Shown: piece by piece, positions 35,122 through 46,307 of the stretch
How the letters are laid out: every line of letters starts with the position of its first letter
Numbering within the stretch: position 1 is the first letter of the stretch
Assembly: GCA_963741205.1 (NCBI GenBank)
Contig: CAVUHW010000026.1
Span: 288,001 to 352,000, forward strand
Direction of reading: 5' to 3'
DNA: 64,000 bases
From: Nitrospirota bacterium
GTDB lineage: Bacteria > Nitrospirota > UBA9217
Made by a program: the position numbers and the translations under genes
The notes under the pieces: generated by a model
Told to the model about the DNA's origin: nothing
Database searches by the model: none
The model's input: the letters and a program-made list of their open reading frames with translations, nothing else

Positions 35122-36174
35122 ATGCAGGGGATCGCCGCCATACCGGCCTTGCTGGGCGTGATTGCCGTCGCAGCGCTCTTTCTGCTTCCGAAATTCGTCC
35201 AGAGCACCTATGCCCTCCACATGATGATCCTGATTTTCATCAGCATCATCATGGGAGCGGGCTGGAACCTCCTGGGCGGCTACACCGGCCAATACTCGGT
35301 GGGCCATGCCGCCTACTTCGGCGCGGGCGCGTACACCACGATGGTCCTGCTGCAATACCGCCATATAGCGCCGTGGTACGGCGTCTGGGCCGGAATCGCT
35401 ATGTCCATGGTGGTCGGCCTGATTATCGGATCCATCTGCTTTCGTTTGCGCGGCCCCTATTTCGTTCTTGCGTCCATCGCCGTGGCGGAGATCTTCCGCG
35501 TCACGGCCCTGAACCTGAAAAATCTGACGAACGGCGCAGAAGGCATCCTGATAACCGACATTCCTCCGCTCAAGATCGGCGGCACCGTTATTACCGACTT
35601 CATGTCCAAGGTTCCCTTTTACTACACTGGTCTCGTGATCGTACTCGTCGTCATCCTTGTGACCTGGCTGGTGCAAAACTCCAAACTCGGCTACTATTTT
35701 CAAGCCATCAGGGAAGATCAGGACGCGGCGCACTCGCTCGGCATCAACCTCACCGTGTACAAGAACATTGCCCTCTCCCTCTCGGCCATATTCACCTCCC
35801 TGGCCGGCAGCCTGTATGGACTCTATGTCGGGTTCATCGATCCCAGCACGGTCCTGGCGCTCGACCTGTCGGTCCAGATCGTCATGACCGCGATCATCGG
35901 CGGCATCGGCACCATCTTCGGTCCGGTCATCGGCGCCCTCGTCCTGGTTCCGTTTTCCGAGGCTTTGCGCAGCAACATGATCGCCCAGGCGTTGATCGAC
36001 TCCGGCCTGGTCAAAGCAGAGTCGGGTTTCGGCATTTTCCTGAAGGAGCAGTTGTCTCACGCCCATGTCCTGATCTACGGCATTCTTCTGGTCGTCGTTA
36101 TCATGTACATGCCTGACGGCGTGATGGGCTTTATGAAGAAACTCCTGGCGAAGAGACGAAAGGAGGCAGCCTGA
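35122..36174 (+). CDS. livM: Branched-chain amino acid ABC transporter permease (start uncertain, possibly 35102 with frameshift)
   Basis: [38 protein letters not shown]. Confidence 0.9.
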   Translation: MQGIAAIPALLGVIAVAALFLLPKFVQSTYALHMMILIFISIIMGAGWNLLGGYTGQYSVGHAAYFGAGAYTTMVLLQYRHIAPWYGVWAGIAMSMVVGLIIGSICFRLRGPYFVLASIAVAEIFRVTALNLKNLTNGAEGILITDIPPLKIGGTVITDFMSKVPFYYTGLVIVLVVILVTWLVQNSKLGYYFQAIREDQDAAHSLGINLTVYKNIALSLSAIFTSLAGSLYGLYVGFIDPSTVLALDLSVQIVMTAIIGGIGTIFGPVIGALVLVPFSEALRSNMIAQALIDSGLVKAESGFGIFLKEQLSHAHVLIYGILLVVVIMYMPDGVMGFMKKLLAKRRKEAA

Positions 36175-36886
36175 TGGCAATTCTCGAGATCAAGCGCGTC
36201 AGCAAGTTTTTCGGCGGGCTGGCTGCCAATTCAGACGTCTCCTTCGAGATGAGCCAGGGAATGATCATGGGGCTTATCGGTCCGAACGGCGCGGGCAAAA
36301 CCACGCTCTTCAACTGCATCACCGGCTTCTATCCGCCCTCCCGCGGAGAAATCTTCTTTGACGGCCGACCGCATGAACGGCCTGCATCCCGATGCAGTCT
36401 GCAAACTCGGCATGGCCCGAACCTGGCAGAAGGTGCGTCCCCTGGCGAAGATGACCGTCGTGGACAACGTCATGGTCGGCGCGCTCTGCCGCACGAATTC
36501 GCTTAAAAAAGCGCGCGAGCTGGCAATGGAGCAGATCAAGGTCGTTCATCTCGAGGGCCGTATCGATTTCCGCGCAGGCAGCCTTCCCATCGGCGAACGC
36601 AAAAAACTGGAAGTGGCGCGCGTCCTGGCCACGAAGCCCAAACTACTTCTGCTCGACGAGGTCATGGGCGGGCTCAATCCGACCGAGAGCGAGGAGCTCA
36701 TCCAGTTGATCCTGGATATAAAAAAACTCGGCGTTACACAGATGGTCATCGAACACGACATGAAGGCGATCATGCGCATTTCCGACAGGATCGTAGTCTT
36801 GAACTCGGGTGAGAAGCTCGCCGAGGGCAATCCCCAGGAGATCGTCTCCAACAAGGCCGTCGTCGATGCTTATCTCGGAGAGAGCA

Positions 36887-36894
<8 letters not shown>
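36174..36894 (+). CDS. livG: Branched-chain amino acid ABC transporter ATPase (frameshift near 36368)
   Basis: [29 protein letters not shown]. Confidence 0.9.
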
Positions 36895-37591
<697 letters not shown>

Positions 37592-37727
37592 GAAGAGGCG
37601 CTATCAAAGCTCTCATATCGAAATCCTGATACATTTTTAAATCAAAATATTCAATACTTAATTTGGCGCTTTGACATTATTTGGTATTTAGAAATTCGGG
37701 TTTAGAATTTTCCATGGGAGGTGTGCC

Positions 37728-38372
37728 ATGTTCGTTTCCGATTGGATGACAAGAAAAGTCTTTACCGTCAGCATCGACGACTTTCTCTCCGATGCCGTCT
37801 CGATCATGAAGGAGCGGCGTATCAAACATCTGCCGGTCATGAAAAACGACGTACTGAAAGGCATCGTTTCCGACCGCGACATCAAGGAATACAGCCCATC
37901 CAAGGCGACCACCCTCGATGTCTACGAACTTCACTACCTGCTCGCGAACACGAAGCTCAAGGACATCGTAAAAACCAAAGTCTATTCCATCACCTCGGAC
38001 ACGCCCATCGAAGAAGCGGCCATGCTCATGCTCGACCAGAACATAGGGGCTCTTCCCGTGCTGGATGACGGAAAGCTCGTGGGCATCATCTCCGACAAGG
38101 ACATCTTCCACGCGCTCGTGGACATCACCGGCGTGCGCCACGGCGGCACCCGCATTTGCGTCACGATCGAGGACCGTGCCGGGTCCATCAAAGAAGTGGC
38201 CGACATCATCCGGAAGCACGGCTTCGGTCTTCGGGGGGTCTTCTCGACCTATGAGGGGGTGAAGGAAGGCTACCGCAAGGTGGTGATCAGGACTCACGGC
38301 AGGGGCAACTTCGGCGGCGTGAAGGACGAGATCGAGAGCGCTTACCGGACATGCCGGATCAAAAAAGGCTGA
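37728..38372 (+). CDS. acuB: CBS-pair plus ACT domain protein (AcuB-like)
   Basis: MFVSDWMT, SPSKATTLDVYELHYLL, C-terminal ACT EDRAGSI. Confidence 0.85.
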   Translation: MFVSDWMTRKVFTVSIDDFLSDAVSIMKERRIKHLPVMKNDVLKGIVSDRDIKEYSPSKATTLDVYELHYLLANTKLKDIVKTKVYSITSDTPIEEAAMLMLDQNIGALPVLDDGKLVGIISDKDIFHALVDITGVRHGGTRICVTIEDRAGSIKEVADIIRKHGFGLRGVFSTYEGVKEGYRKVVIRTHGRGNFGGVKDEIESAYRTCRIKKG

Positions 38373-38411
38373 AGGCAATACATGCCGAATCTTTCCATCC
38401 CTGATATGCTG

Positions 38412-40160
38412 TCATCCTGTCGAATAGTTTTTTGACTTGTTCCTTCTTACTGCCTTCAGGCGTTCCAGCAGTTCCCGGTAAGGCAAGGTATTCAGTACGT
38501 CCTTTGTTTCCACCCATCCCCTTCTCGCAATGGCCACGCCGTAGGTCATATAATCGAACTGGGTCGTGACGTGCATGTCCGTGCAGATGACGAGCTGCGC
38601 GCCGTACTGCTTCGCCAGCTTGATATGCAGATCGTTCAGGTCGAGCCGCAGAGGCTGCGCGTTGATCTCCAGGGCGACGCCGTACTTTGCCGCCTCCCTG
38701 ATCACCGTTTCCATGTCCACGGCATAGGCGTCCCGCTCGCCGATGAGCCTGCCCGAAGGATGGGCGATCACGGAGACGCAGGGGTTCCTGATAGCCGCGA
38801 GGATCCGTTTCGTGATCTGGTCCTGGGTCTGATTGAACCCCGAGTGGACCGATGCCACGACGATATCGAGCCCTGCCAGCGCTTCGTCGGCAAGATCGAG
38901 CCTTCCGTCGGACCGGATATCGATCTCGGTCCCTTTCAGGATCTTGATGCCCGTATTTTTCCTGTTCGCCTCATCGATAAGCTTGATCTCGTCGGCAAGC
39001 CTCTTTTCGTCAAGGCCGTGGGCGACACCCAGACCTTTTGTGTGGTCCGTAATCGCGATATACTCGTATCCCTTCTTCACGGCCGCCTGTACGACGGCGC
39101 CGAGGTCATGGCTTCCGTCCGACCATTTCGTATGGACGTGGAGGTCTCCCTTGATGTCGTCAACCGTGATGAGCCGCGGCAGCTTCCCCGCAAGGGCAGC
39201 ATCGATTTCACCCTGGTCCTCGCGCAGTTCCGGCGGAATAAAGGGAAGTTTGAGCGCCCGGTAAACGTCCTCCTCCTGTTTCCCTCCGATCTTCTTTTCG
39301 CCGGGTTCCCTGAACACGCCGTATTCATTGATCTTGAGACCGGCCCGCACCGCTCTTTCACGGAGCTTGATATTGTGCTGCTTGCTGCCGGTGAAGTACT
39401 GGAGCGCCGCGCCGAAGGAGTCCTCCTCCACGACCCGGAGGTCCACCTGGATGCCGTCATCGGTGACGATCGACGACTTCGTCGGTCCCTGCATCAGGAC
39501 GCGGTCCGCGTGCGGCAGCTTCACGAAGGCGTCCATGACCTTTTCGGGATTCTTCGACGTGGTGAGGATGTCGATGTCCTTCACCGTCTCCTTCCACCGC
39601 CTGATGCTGCCGGCGACCTCGACCCTGTCCACGGGGGCTTCTGCTTTTATCCTCCGTACGATATCCTCGGCCAGCGGCAGGACCCTGCCCAGCGGCCGCC
39701 TCTCCGACCCTCTCTTGATGAGTTCAATCCCCTTTAGAATGTTCTCTTCGGTCTTCTTTTGGATTCCCGGCAAGCCGGAAAGCTTGCCGCTTTTGATCGC
39801 GGCTTCGAGCTCATCAACGCTCTTGATATTGAGCGCCTCATAAAACTGTTTTGCCTTTTTTGGCCCGAGGCCGGGCACGCGCAGAAGATCAAGGACGCCC
39901 GCGGGTATTTCCTTCTTCAGTTCCTCGTGTTTGGCGATCGAGCCTTTTTCGAGATATTCATGGATCTTCCCGATGAGGTCCTTGCCGATGCCCGGGACAG
40001 CGGCCAGTTCCTCGTCCGTGAGCGAAGCTACGTCTCTTGACAGGCCGTCAATGTTCTGGGCCGCGCGCCGGTATGCCCTGACACGGAACACGTTCTCGCC
40101 CTTGAGATCGAGAAGTTCCGCGATCTCGTTAAAGATATTCGCGATCTGCTGGTTTTTCAC
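38412..40160 (-). CDS. polX: DNA polymerase X / PHP 3'-5' exonuclease
   Basis: AGSIRR, DIDIL, YFTGSK, GDLHVHT, TDH, AHPSGR; GGAGG RBS before GTG 40160. Confidence 0.95.
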   Translation of the reverse strand: MKNQQIANIFNEIAELLDLKGENVFRVRAYRRAAQNIDGLSRDVASLTDEELAAVPGIGKDLIGKIHEYLEKGSIAKHEELKKEIPAGVLDLLRVPGLGPKKAKQFYEALNIKSVDELEAAIKSGKLSGLPGIQKKTEENILKGIELIKRGSERRPLGRVLPLAEDIVRRIKAEAPVDRVEVAGSIRRWKETVKDIDILTTSKNPEKVMDAFVKLPHADRVLMQGPTKSSIVTDDGIQVDLRVVEEDSFGAALQYFTGSKQHNIKLRERAVRAGLKINEYGVFREPGEKKIGGKQEEDVYRALKLPFIPPELREDQGEIDAALAGKLPRLITVDDIKGDLHVHTKWSDGSHDLGAVVQAAVKKGYEYIAITDHTKGLGVAHGLDEKRLADEIKLIDEANRKNTGIKILKGTEIDIRSDGRLDLADEALAGLDIVVASVHSGFNQTQDQITKRILAAIRNPCVSVIAHPSGRLIGERDAYAVDMETVIREAAKYGVALEINAQPLRLDLNDLHIKLAKQYGAQLVICTDMHVTTQFDYMTYGVAIARRGWVETKDVLNTLPYRELLERLKAVRRNKSKNYSTG

Positions 40161-40346
40161 GATGCTCTCCTCCACGACACAGATTCGATCACGAGTACTG
40201 AGTCTCTAATTTGATTTTATCAAGAAGAAAAATCGAACATCTTTAAGGGGGACCAGATGGGACCGAATCTTACGAACGAAGTTCCTGCTATAATAAGATT
40301 CATATTATGATTTTCATAATTCCGTAGAAACCGGAGACCGACAGCC

Positions 40347-41651
40347 ATGATGACTCAATCATTACACCGCGATCTGCCGCTGATCCAGGACGCGGACCTG
40401 CAGGGCAAGGTGGTCCTCGTCCGCTTCGACCACAACGTCGTCAAGGGAGGGGCCATCAAGGACCCCTTCCGCATCGACCGCACCATCGGCACGCTCTTCC
40501 ATATCGTGGAGCGGGGCGGCAGGCCCGTCATGATGACCCACGTGGGCAGGCCCAGGGACAAGAAGACCGGCGCCATCTCCTGCAGGCCCGAGGAGTCCGT
40601 CGAACCGATCGTGCGCTATCTGGAACAGAAGCTGCACACAAAATTTTACATCGCGGACTTTCCCCAAGACCCCGAACACGGCATCGTCGGCATCGACACT
40701 TCCATAAACCTTGCCATCCGTGAACTGCGGGAGCGGAAGATCGGAGGGATCTATCTGCCGAACTCGCGGTGGTTCCAGGGAGAGGAGTCCGGGGGAGGGC
40801 TGCGCGAGCGCTTTGCGCTCCAGCTTGCCGGCCTGGCGGATATCTACGTGAACGACGCCTTCGGCTCGTGGCAGCCCCATGCCTCCACGTACGACATCAC
40901 GAGGCACCTCCCCTCCTATGCGGGCTTCCTTTTCCAGCAGGAGATCGCGCACCTGGACGGCGTAATGAAGCCCGAACGGCCCTTCCTCGCCGTCGTGGCC
41001 GGTTCGAAGTACGACACCAAGATCAAGCCCCTTAACGCCATCTATGACAAGGTGGACCGCCTGGTGCTCGGCGGCGTCATTTACAATACCTACCTCTGCG
41101 CCAAGTACGGGGTCCGTATCAAGGGGGTGAGCGACGAGGACCGGGCCCTTGCGCGGGACCTGGTCGAAAAGGACCGGGAAGCGAACAAGATCGTCGAGCT
41201 GCCGCTCGTCGTGGAATCGGACGTCCTCGACGGAAAGATCGAGGGAAAGTACCGCACCATCTCCGTTAAGGACTTCAAGCCCGGCGGCTCCTTCGGATAC
41301 GTCCTGGACATCGACCCCCGGTCTTTCGAGGCGACGGCCGTTGCCGAGGCCATCGGTACGGCAAAGACCATCTTCGTCAATGCCGTCATGGGGTTCACGC
41401 CTCACTTTGCCGCCGGTTCCCAGGCGCTCGACAACACCATAGACAAAAACCGCGATGCCATGAAGATGTACGGCGGCGGAGATACGCTTCAGGAGTTCAA
41501 GAACCTTTTGCCCGGCCTTTATCTCTCGGTCATGGATGACGCCAGCTATTACTTCTTCACCGGAGGCGGGACTGTGCTCACGGCGATCGAGCATGGAAGC
41601 CCCTACAGCCTCGATCCGGTCAAGGCGCTGATGGACACGAAAAGGAAATGA
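40347..41651 (+). CDS. pgk: Phosphoglycerate kinase (divergent subfamily)
   Basis: GKVVLVRFDHNV, HVGRP, YVNDAFG, GGGDT, TGGG. Confidence 0.85.
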   Translation: MMTQSLHRDLPLIQDADLQGKVVLVRFDHNVVKGGAIKDPFRIDRTIGTLFHIVERGGRPVMMTHVGRPRDKKTGAISCRPEESVEPIVRYLEQKLHTKFYIADFPQDPEHGIVGIDTSINLAIRELRERKIGGIYLPNSRWFQGEESGGGLRERFALQLAGLADIYVNDAFGSWQPHASTYDITRHLPSYAGFLFQQEIAHLDGVMKPERPFLAVVAGSKYDTKIKPLNAIYDKVDRLVLGGVIYNTYLCAKYGVRIKGVSDEDRALARDLVEKDREANKIVELPLVVESDVLDGKIEGKYRTISVKDFKPGGSFGYVLDIDPRSFEATAVAEAIGTAKTIFVNAVMGFTPHFAAGSQALDNTIDKNRDAMKMYGGGDTLQEFKNLLPGLYLSVMDDASYYFFTGGGTVLTAIEHGSPYSLDPVKALMDTKRK

Positions 41652-41975
41652 CAGTGCTGATGATGGTGGGTAGAGGACGCACCAGCATTAAGCGAACCAG
41701 GACGAGGCATTAGCCGGGTTCGTTACAAGCGGGCTTCCTGCTACCTGACCCTGCTTACAACCACCAGAAAAATCCCCTACCTCAAAAAAAACAACCGACA
41801 CTTTCTGCTGCTTCGCTTCCATTAGTCTAGATATTTTTGTTACTATTTGTAACACAAAAAGGGTTTTTTATGTTATCATTTGGACATAAAAAACCCGATC
41901 GATGGCTCGTCGATAATGCATTACCCTCAGACTGGCAAAACGGGTATCAGATTATCGAAGCAGAGAGGAGTGGAA

Positions 41976-43283
41976 ATGGGAAAGAAAGGCTGGCTCGTAA
42001 CAGTTGCGGGAATTGGGCTGAACCTGGCCCTCGGTATTCTCTATGCGTGGAGTATGTTCAGTAAGCAGCTCACAGAAGCCGTGGAGAAAGGAGGCTTTGG
42101 GTGGTCCAAGACCCAGGCCACGCTCCCTTATACCGTTGCGATTGCCTGCTTCGCGGTTATGATGGTACCCGCAGGCCGCTTGCAGGACCGCTTCGGCCCC
42201 CGAATAGTCGCCACGATCGGCGCGTTGCTCTGCGGCATCGGCCTTGTGATAGCGAGCTTTGGCGGCCCGGCGTCCGTCCTCCCCGCGATTCTGGGCTTTG
42301 GGGTCCTGAGCGGAGCGGGCATCGGCCTGGGATATGCATCGGCCACCCCCGCGGCAGTCAAGTGGTTCCCGCCGGCAAAGAAGGGACTCATTACCGGACT
42401 GGTCGTCGCAGGCTTCGGTCTGGCGCCCGTGTATATCGCGCCGCTTTCGAAATACCTTCTTGGAACGTATGGGATCAACTCTTCATTCAGAATACTGGGC
42501 ATTGCCTTCATCATTGTTGCGGGAATTGCCGCGCAATTCATCTCGAATCCGGCCGCTCCGGCGACAGTCAAAACGGCAAACTCGAAAAGCGTCTCATCGA
42601 ACGACTTTACCTGGCGCGAGATGCTGAGGACCCCGGCCTTTTATTCTCTCTATATCCAATATGCCTGCGCCGCGACAGCCGGTCTCATGATCATCGGCCA
42701 CCTGGCGAAGATCATCGCCGTGCAATCCGGCAATACGATCAAGATCGGCTTTCTCTTCGTCGCCCTCCTCGCGATCTTCAACGCGAGCGGTCGCGTGGTG
42801 GCGGGAATTGTTTCGGACTACATCGGCAGGCTCATAACCCTCGTCTTCGTTTTTATCATGCAGGCCACCATTATGGCTTTTTTCCCGCAGTTCTCCACCA
42901 TCTCGGGCTTTATAATCGGTTCCGCAATGGTGGGTTTCAATTACGGCGCGTGCCTTTCCCTCTTCCCGTCTACAACGGCGGATTATTGGGGGACGAAGAA
43001 CCTCGGGATGAACTACGGCATCCTCTTTACCGCGTGGGGCGTCGGCGGCATCTTCGGCCCCATGCTGGCGGGGTTCATTTCTGATGCCACCGGCTCCTAT
43101 GCCATGGCATACTATATAGCCTGCGGCCTTTTGGCATTCGCGGCGTTCGTGGGCATGACCAGCTATATCAGCGTCTCGATAAGTTTGCCGCAGAAGCAGA
43201 TCGTCATCAGTTTCGCCGGGAAATCGGCGAAGACAAAAGAAACCAGCCCGGACCCTGCCCTTGAAACCGGGAAAACCATGTGA
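41976..43283 (+). CDS. OFA family MFS transporter (oxalate/formate antiporter-like)
   Basis: GILYAWS, GRLQDRFGP, KWFP, KNLGMNYG. Confidence 0.9.
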   Translation: MGKKGWLVTVAGIGLNLALGILYAWSMFSKQLTEAVEKGGFGWSKTQATLPYTVAIACFAVMMVPAGRLQDRFGPRIVATIGALLCGIGLVIASFGGPASVLPAILGFGVLSGAGIGLGYASATPAAVKWFPPAKKGLITGLVVAGFGLAPVYIAPLSKYLLGTYGINSSFRILGIAFIIVAGIAAQFISNPAAPATVKTANSKSVSSNDFTWREMLRTPAFYSLYIQYACAATAGLMIIGHLAKIIAVQSGNTIKIGFLFVALLAIFNASGRVVAGIVSDYIGRLITLVFVFIMQATIMAFFPQFSTISGFIIGSAMVGFNYGACLSLFPSTTADYWGTKNLGMNYGILFTAWGVGGIFGPMLAGFISDATGSYAMAYYIACGLLAFAAFVGMTSYISVSISLPQKQIVISFAGKSAKTKETSPDPALETGKTM

Positions 43284-43316
43284 CAGCGGGCATGACGAGG
43301 GGAACTCTGTAAAAAA

Positions 43317-43347
43317 ATGGCCCCGGAGCCGTCATGCCCGGGGCCAT
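43317..43347. terminator. Bidirectional hairpin between the OFA transporter and acuC
   Basis: ATGGCCCCGG...CCGGGGCCAT preceded by an A-tract. Confidence 0.6.
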
Positions 43348-43382
43348 ACTATGACTAAAGCGAATCTCTATGACTCACCACA

Positions 43383-44504
43383 CTAGAGTGTTCGAAGAAC
43401 GTGCTCCCTGATATACCCGATTACCCTGTCTACTTCTTTCCTCATCGCCTCTTTCCTTCTTCCGTCCACGACAAATTGTTCGTCCCGCAGTCTCCTGCCC
43501 GTAAAACCGGCGATCTGATACTGACGAAGAAAGGCTTCGGGTATCTCATCGGGAGCATCAATGCCGTTCATAATAGCCCAGGCGAGGGTCCATGCCCTGG
43601 CCACATTTGCGATATCATACCCGCCGCCTCCAAGCGCCACCCACTTCGGGGACAGGACTTGGATCATCTTGACGACGCGGCAAAACCCGTTCGTCGTCAG
43701 ATTCAAGTGGGCCAGCGGATCACTCCAGAATGTATCGACCCCCAGCTGGCTCACGACAATATCGGGCCTATAGGCGTCCACGAGAGGCGGAACGAGCTCC
43801 GTAAAGGCATGGATGAATAGGTCGTCATCCGCCTCCGGAGGCAGCGGGACATTCACGCAGTACCCGTTTCCCGCACCCGTGCCGGTCTCATGCTCGGTGC
43901 CGGTGCCCGGGAAGAGGGCTTCTCCTGTTTCATGCAGGGAAATCGTAAGGACCTTGTCCGTATTGTAGAAGGCCTCCTGGACGCCGTCTCCGTGATGGGC
44001 GTCAATGTCGATATAAGCGACCCTTCTTCCCCGGCCGACCAGTGACTTGATTGCGAGAACAGGATCATTGATATAACAGAACCCAGAGGCATGACCGGCC
44101 ATTGCATGATGGAGCCCGCCCGCGATATTGAACGCAACTTCCGCCTCTCCGCTGTCAACGAGGTCCGCGGCCTTGAGTGAAGCGCCGGCAATGAGCCTCG
44201 ACCAGTCGAGCATGCCGGCGAATACGGGATTGTCCCCGGGGCCGAGCCCGTACGCTTCGGCGCCGGAGACGTACTCACCGCTGTTTGTTGTCTTGAGGAT
44301 ATTGATATATTCCGAGGTATGCCAGGAGAGCAGGTCCTCAACGCTCGCTATATGCGGCTCGACCAGCCGCGGGTCAGGTACGGTGAGCAGGCCGCATGCC
44401 TTGATCAGCTCATAGGTTAGCTTCAACCGGAATGGCTTCAACGGGTGGCCGGACCCGTAATCGAACCCGGCGAAGTCGTCGGAGTAGATGAAGGCAGTTT
44501 TCAT
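43383..44504 (-). CDS. acuC: Acetoin utilization deacetylase (HDAC class)
   Basis: HPLKPFR, GGLHHA, SGFC, DIDAHHGDG, GGGGY. Confidence 0.92.
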   Translation of the reverse strand: MKTAFIYSDDFAGFDYGSGHPLKPFRLKLTYELIKACGLLTVPDPRLVEPHIASVEDLLSWHTSEYINILKTTNSGEYVSGAEAYGLGPGDNPVFAGMLDWSRLIAGASLKAADLVDSGEAEVAFNIAGGLHHAMAGHASGFCYINDPVLAIKSLVGRGRRVAYIDIDAHHGDGVQEAFYNTDKVLTISLHETGEALFPGTGTEHETGTGAGNGYCVNVPLPPEADDDLFIHAFTELVPPLVDAYRPDIVVSQLGVDTFWSDPLAHLNLTTNGFCRVVKMIQVLSPKWVALGGGGYDIANVARAWTLAWAIMNGIDAPDEIPEAFLRQYQIAGFTGRRLRDEQFVVDGRRKEAMRKEVDRVIGYIREHVLRTL

Positions 44505-44664
44505 GGATTTACTCTGTCTCTATTTTACCTCAATCTCTGTGAACCATAGCTCGGTTAAAGGGTCATCCTTTCGTCTATCGGGAGGAGCGCATAAATCATA
44601 GATCTCGAGGGGAGTTTTGAATTGGGACATACGACATGGTACCGGGTTTCTACGCGGAAGGTAA

Positions 44665-44737
44665 TGGTGATAAGGCAATCGGCCCGGACGTGGAGGGCTG
44701 AATAATACTGCTCCGCGCCTTCGAAGTCCTTGAAGGA
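44665..44737 (-). pseudogene. Fragment of a PIN toxin paralog
   Basis: Translates to SFKDFEGAEQYYSALHVRADCLIT, versus AFKDFEDAVQYYSAIHVRADCLIT in the intact gene at 46384..46806. Confidence 0.85.
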
Positions 44738-44738
44738 C

Positions 44739-44766
44739 GCAACGGATGCAATAACGTCACTCTCTA
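44739..44766 (+). repeat. 28-bp direct repeat, copy 1
   Basis: GCAACGGATGCAATAACGTCACTCTCTA. Confidence 0.85.
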
Positions 44767-44845
44767 TCTTACAGGAAACTGGATGGCCACCGCATTATCA
44801 GGAGATGTAAAATTAGAAATACAGCTTAGAATCATTCTTTTTTAC

Positions 44846-44874
44846 TTGCGCCCGGCATCTGCTTCGGTTATACT
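44846..44874 (+). promoter_or_regulatory. sigma70 promoter
   Basis: TTGCGC-N17-TATACT. Confidence 0.55.
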
Positions 44875-44931
44875 TATTTTAAATAGGATAAAATTTGTAC
44901 TAATTAAGTTTCTTTAAGGAGGAAGTTGATC

Positions 44932-45465
44932 ATGCATACGACAGCCAGCGGTTCATTGGAGTACAAGAACGATTTTTTCACTCTCGTCATTCGTGAGTCC
45001 GAGCACCGCCCCGGGAGTTACATTTTCTCCAGCGGGATCAGCCTCCCCAAGTTCAACCCCATCATCTGGGGAAGGACAGGAATCTGCTCCAATGCGGCAT
45101 TTAAGGCCCTGCAGCAGCTTCAGGCCGATATGTCTTACTTTGCCCTGCAGCGGGGCATTGCGACGAAGAGCGCCGATATCCCCTCCGGCTCGACAGGCGG
45201 ACACGGGCACGGCTGGTATGAGGAAAATGCCCTCTTGATCGAGGACGCGTCTCCCGAGGCTATTCAGGATATCCTCGCGTTCAGCGCACGGGACCTCGTT
45301 CAGACGATCCTGAATGCCTGCCAATCGGATGTCAGTGTGCCGGCCGGATTGGATTCCGCGGCAATGCAGCGTTTCCTCGAATCGGTGGGCATCTCGAATT
45401 ACCGGGAAGCGGCCCCATCGCCGATCTCGAAACCGACCGGAGAGACAGTAGACGGGAGATGGTAG
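44932..45465 (+). CDS. Hypothetical protein
   Basis: Open ORF with AAGGAGG RBS, own promoter and terminator; no family recognised. Confidence 0.75.
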   Translation: MHTTASGSLEYKNDFFTLVIRESEHRPGSYIFSSGISLPKFNPIIWGRTGICSNAAFKALQQLQADMSYFALQRGIATKSADIPSGSTGGHGHGWYEENALLIEDASPEAIQDILAFSARDLVQTILNACQSDVSVPAGLDSAAMQRFLESVGISNYREAAPSPISKPTGETVDGRW

Positions 45466-45509
45466 ACTGAGGTAGTATATAACAAAAAAGGCAGAGACGA
45501 CTAAAACAC

Positions 45510-45540
45510 AAGGGCCCGGGAATTTCCCGGGCCTTTTATT
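45510..45540 (+). terminator. Intrinsic terminator
   Basis: GGCCCGGGAA-T-TTCCCGGGCC followed by TTTTATT. Confidence 0.75.
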
Positions 45541-45586
45541 TGAAGGGAGTGCTGCCGTCAGAGAGTACAGCTCACCAGCCTGCTGC

Positions 45587-45614
45587 GCAACGGGTGCAAC
45601 AACGTCACTTTGTA
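45587..45614 (+). repeat. 28-bp direct repeat, copy 2
   Basis: GCAACGGGTGCAACAACGTCACTTTGTA. Confidence 0.9.
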
Positions 45615-45694
45615 TTCTACGCGATAAACGCGGATGCCTCGCTCGAAGAAAAGATCTGAGATGCGATGAACAAGGCTTTTAGCGAAAGGAAAGA

Positions 45695-46282
45695 TTATGC
45701 TTGGCGCGGGGAGGCAGTACGCTTCTGCCTCGTGGGGCGATTGGTAACTGCCTTGCTCTTGTCGTCAAAAAAGCGGAAAAGCTTGTCCTTCCATGCTCCG
45801 GCATACTCCACGCCGACCCGCTTCGTCCTCCTGATCAGCGGCCGGTACGCAGTGTCCTGCAGGAGAAACAGCGTATCGCCGGTGAGGTCGAGGCCGTTCA
45901 TGGTACGAGTGATCCCAAGCGCGCGCGTAAGCTTGCCCGGGCCCGAAAGGTCGGCATTCCAGTCGCCCAGGGGCTCGGCTGCCCGGATGAGCACAGCCTG
46001 ACCGCTTCCTGCTTTACCTGCGACGATATTGAACATCTCGTACATCCCGTAGATCAAGTAGACGTAAGCATGGCCTGCCGGACCGAACATGGTTTCCGTG
46101 CGTTTCGTGCGGCCTTTGGAAGAGTGGGAGGCGAGGTCCTGGGGGCCGGTGTAGGCCTCGGCCTCAACGATGCGGGCCCGGTGTTCCCTGCCGCGCATGC
46201 GGCGGACAATGATCGCCCCGATCAGGCCGGGGGCAAGCTTTTTCGCATCGCGCTGGTAGAATGAATGGTCGATTTTTTTCAA
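45695..46282 (-). CDS. mpg: DNA-3-methyladenine glycosylase (MPG/AAG family)
   Basis: RIVEAEAY, AYVYLIYGM, AVLIRA, GPGKL. Confidence 0.92.
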   Translation of the reverse strand: MKKIDHSFYQRDAKKLAPGLIGAIIVRRMRGREHRARIVEAEAYTGPQDLASHSSKGRTKRTETMFGPAGHAYVYLIYGMYEMFNIVAGKAGSGQAVLIRAAEPLGDWNADLSGPGKLTRALGITRTMNGLDLTGDTLFLLQDTAYRPLIRRTKRVGVEYAGAWKDKLFRFFDDKSKAVTNRPTRQKRTASPRQA

Positions 46283-46307
46283 AATGGCGGTACTCTCTTA
46301 ACGCCGT

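Noticed and set aside
45553-46306. Inverted GAGAGTAC/GTACTCTC match flanking mpg as transposon ends
   Set aside because: The match is short and imperfect, and one copy doubles as the likely mpg RBS; it could be chance.
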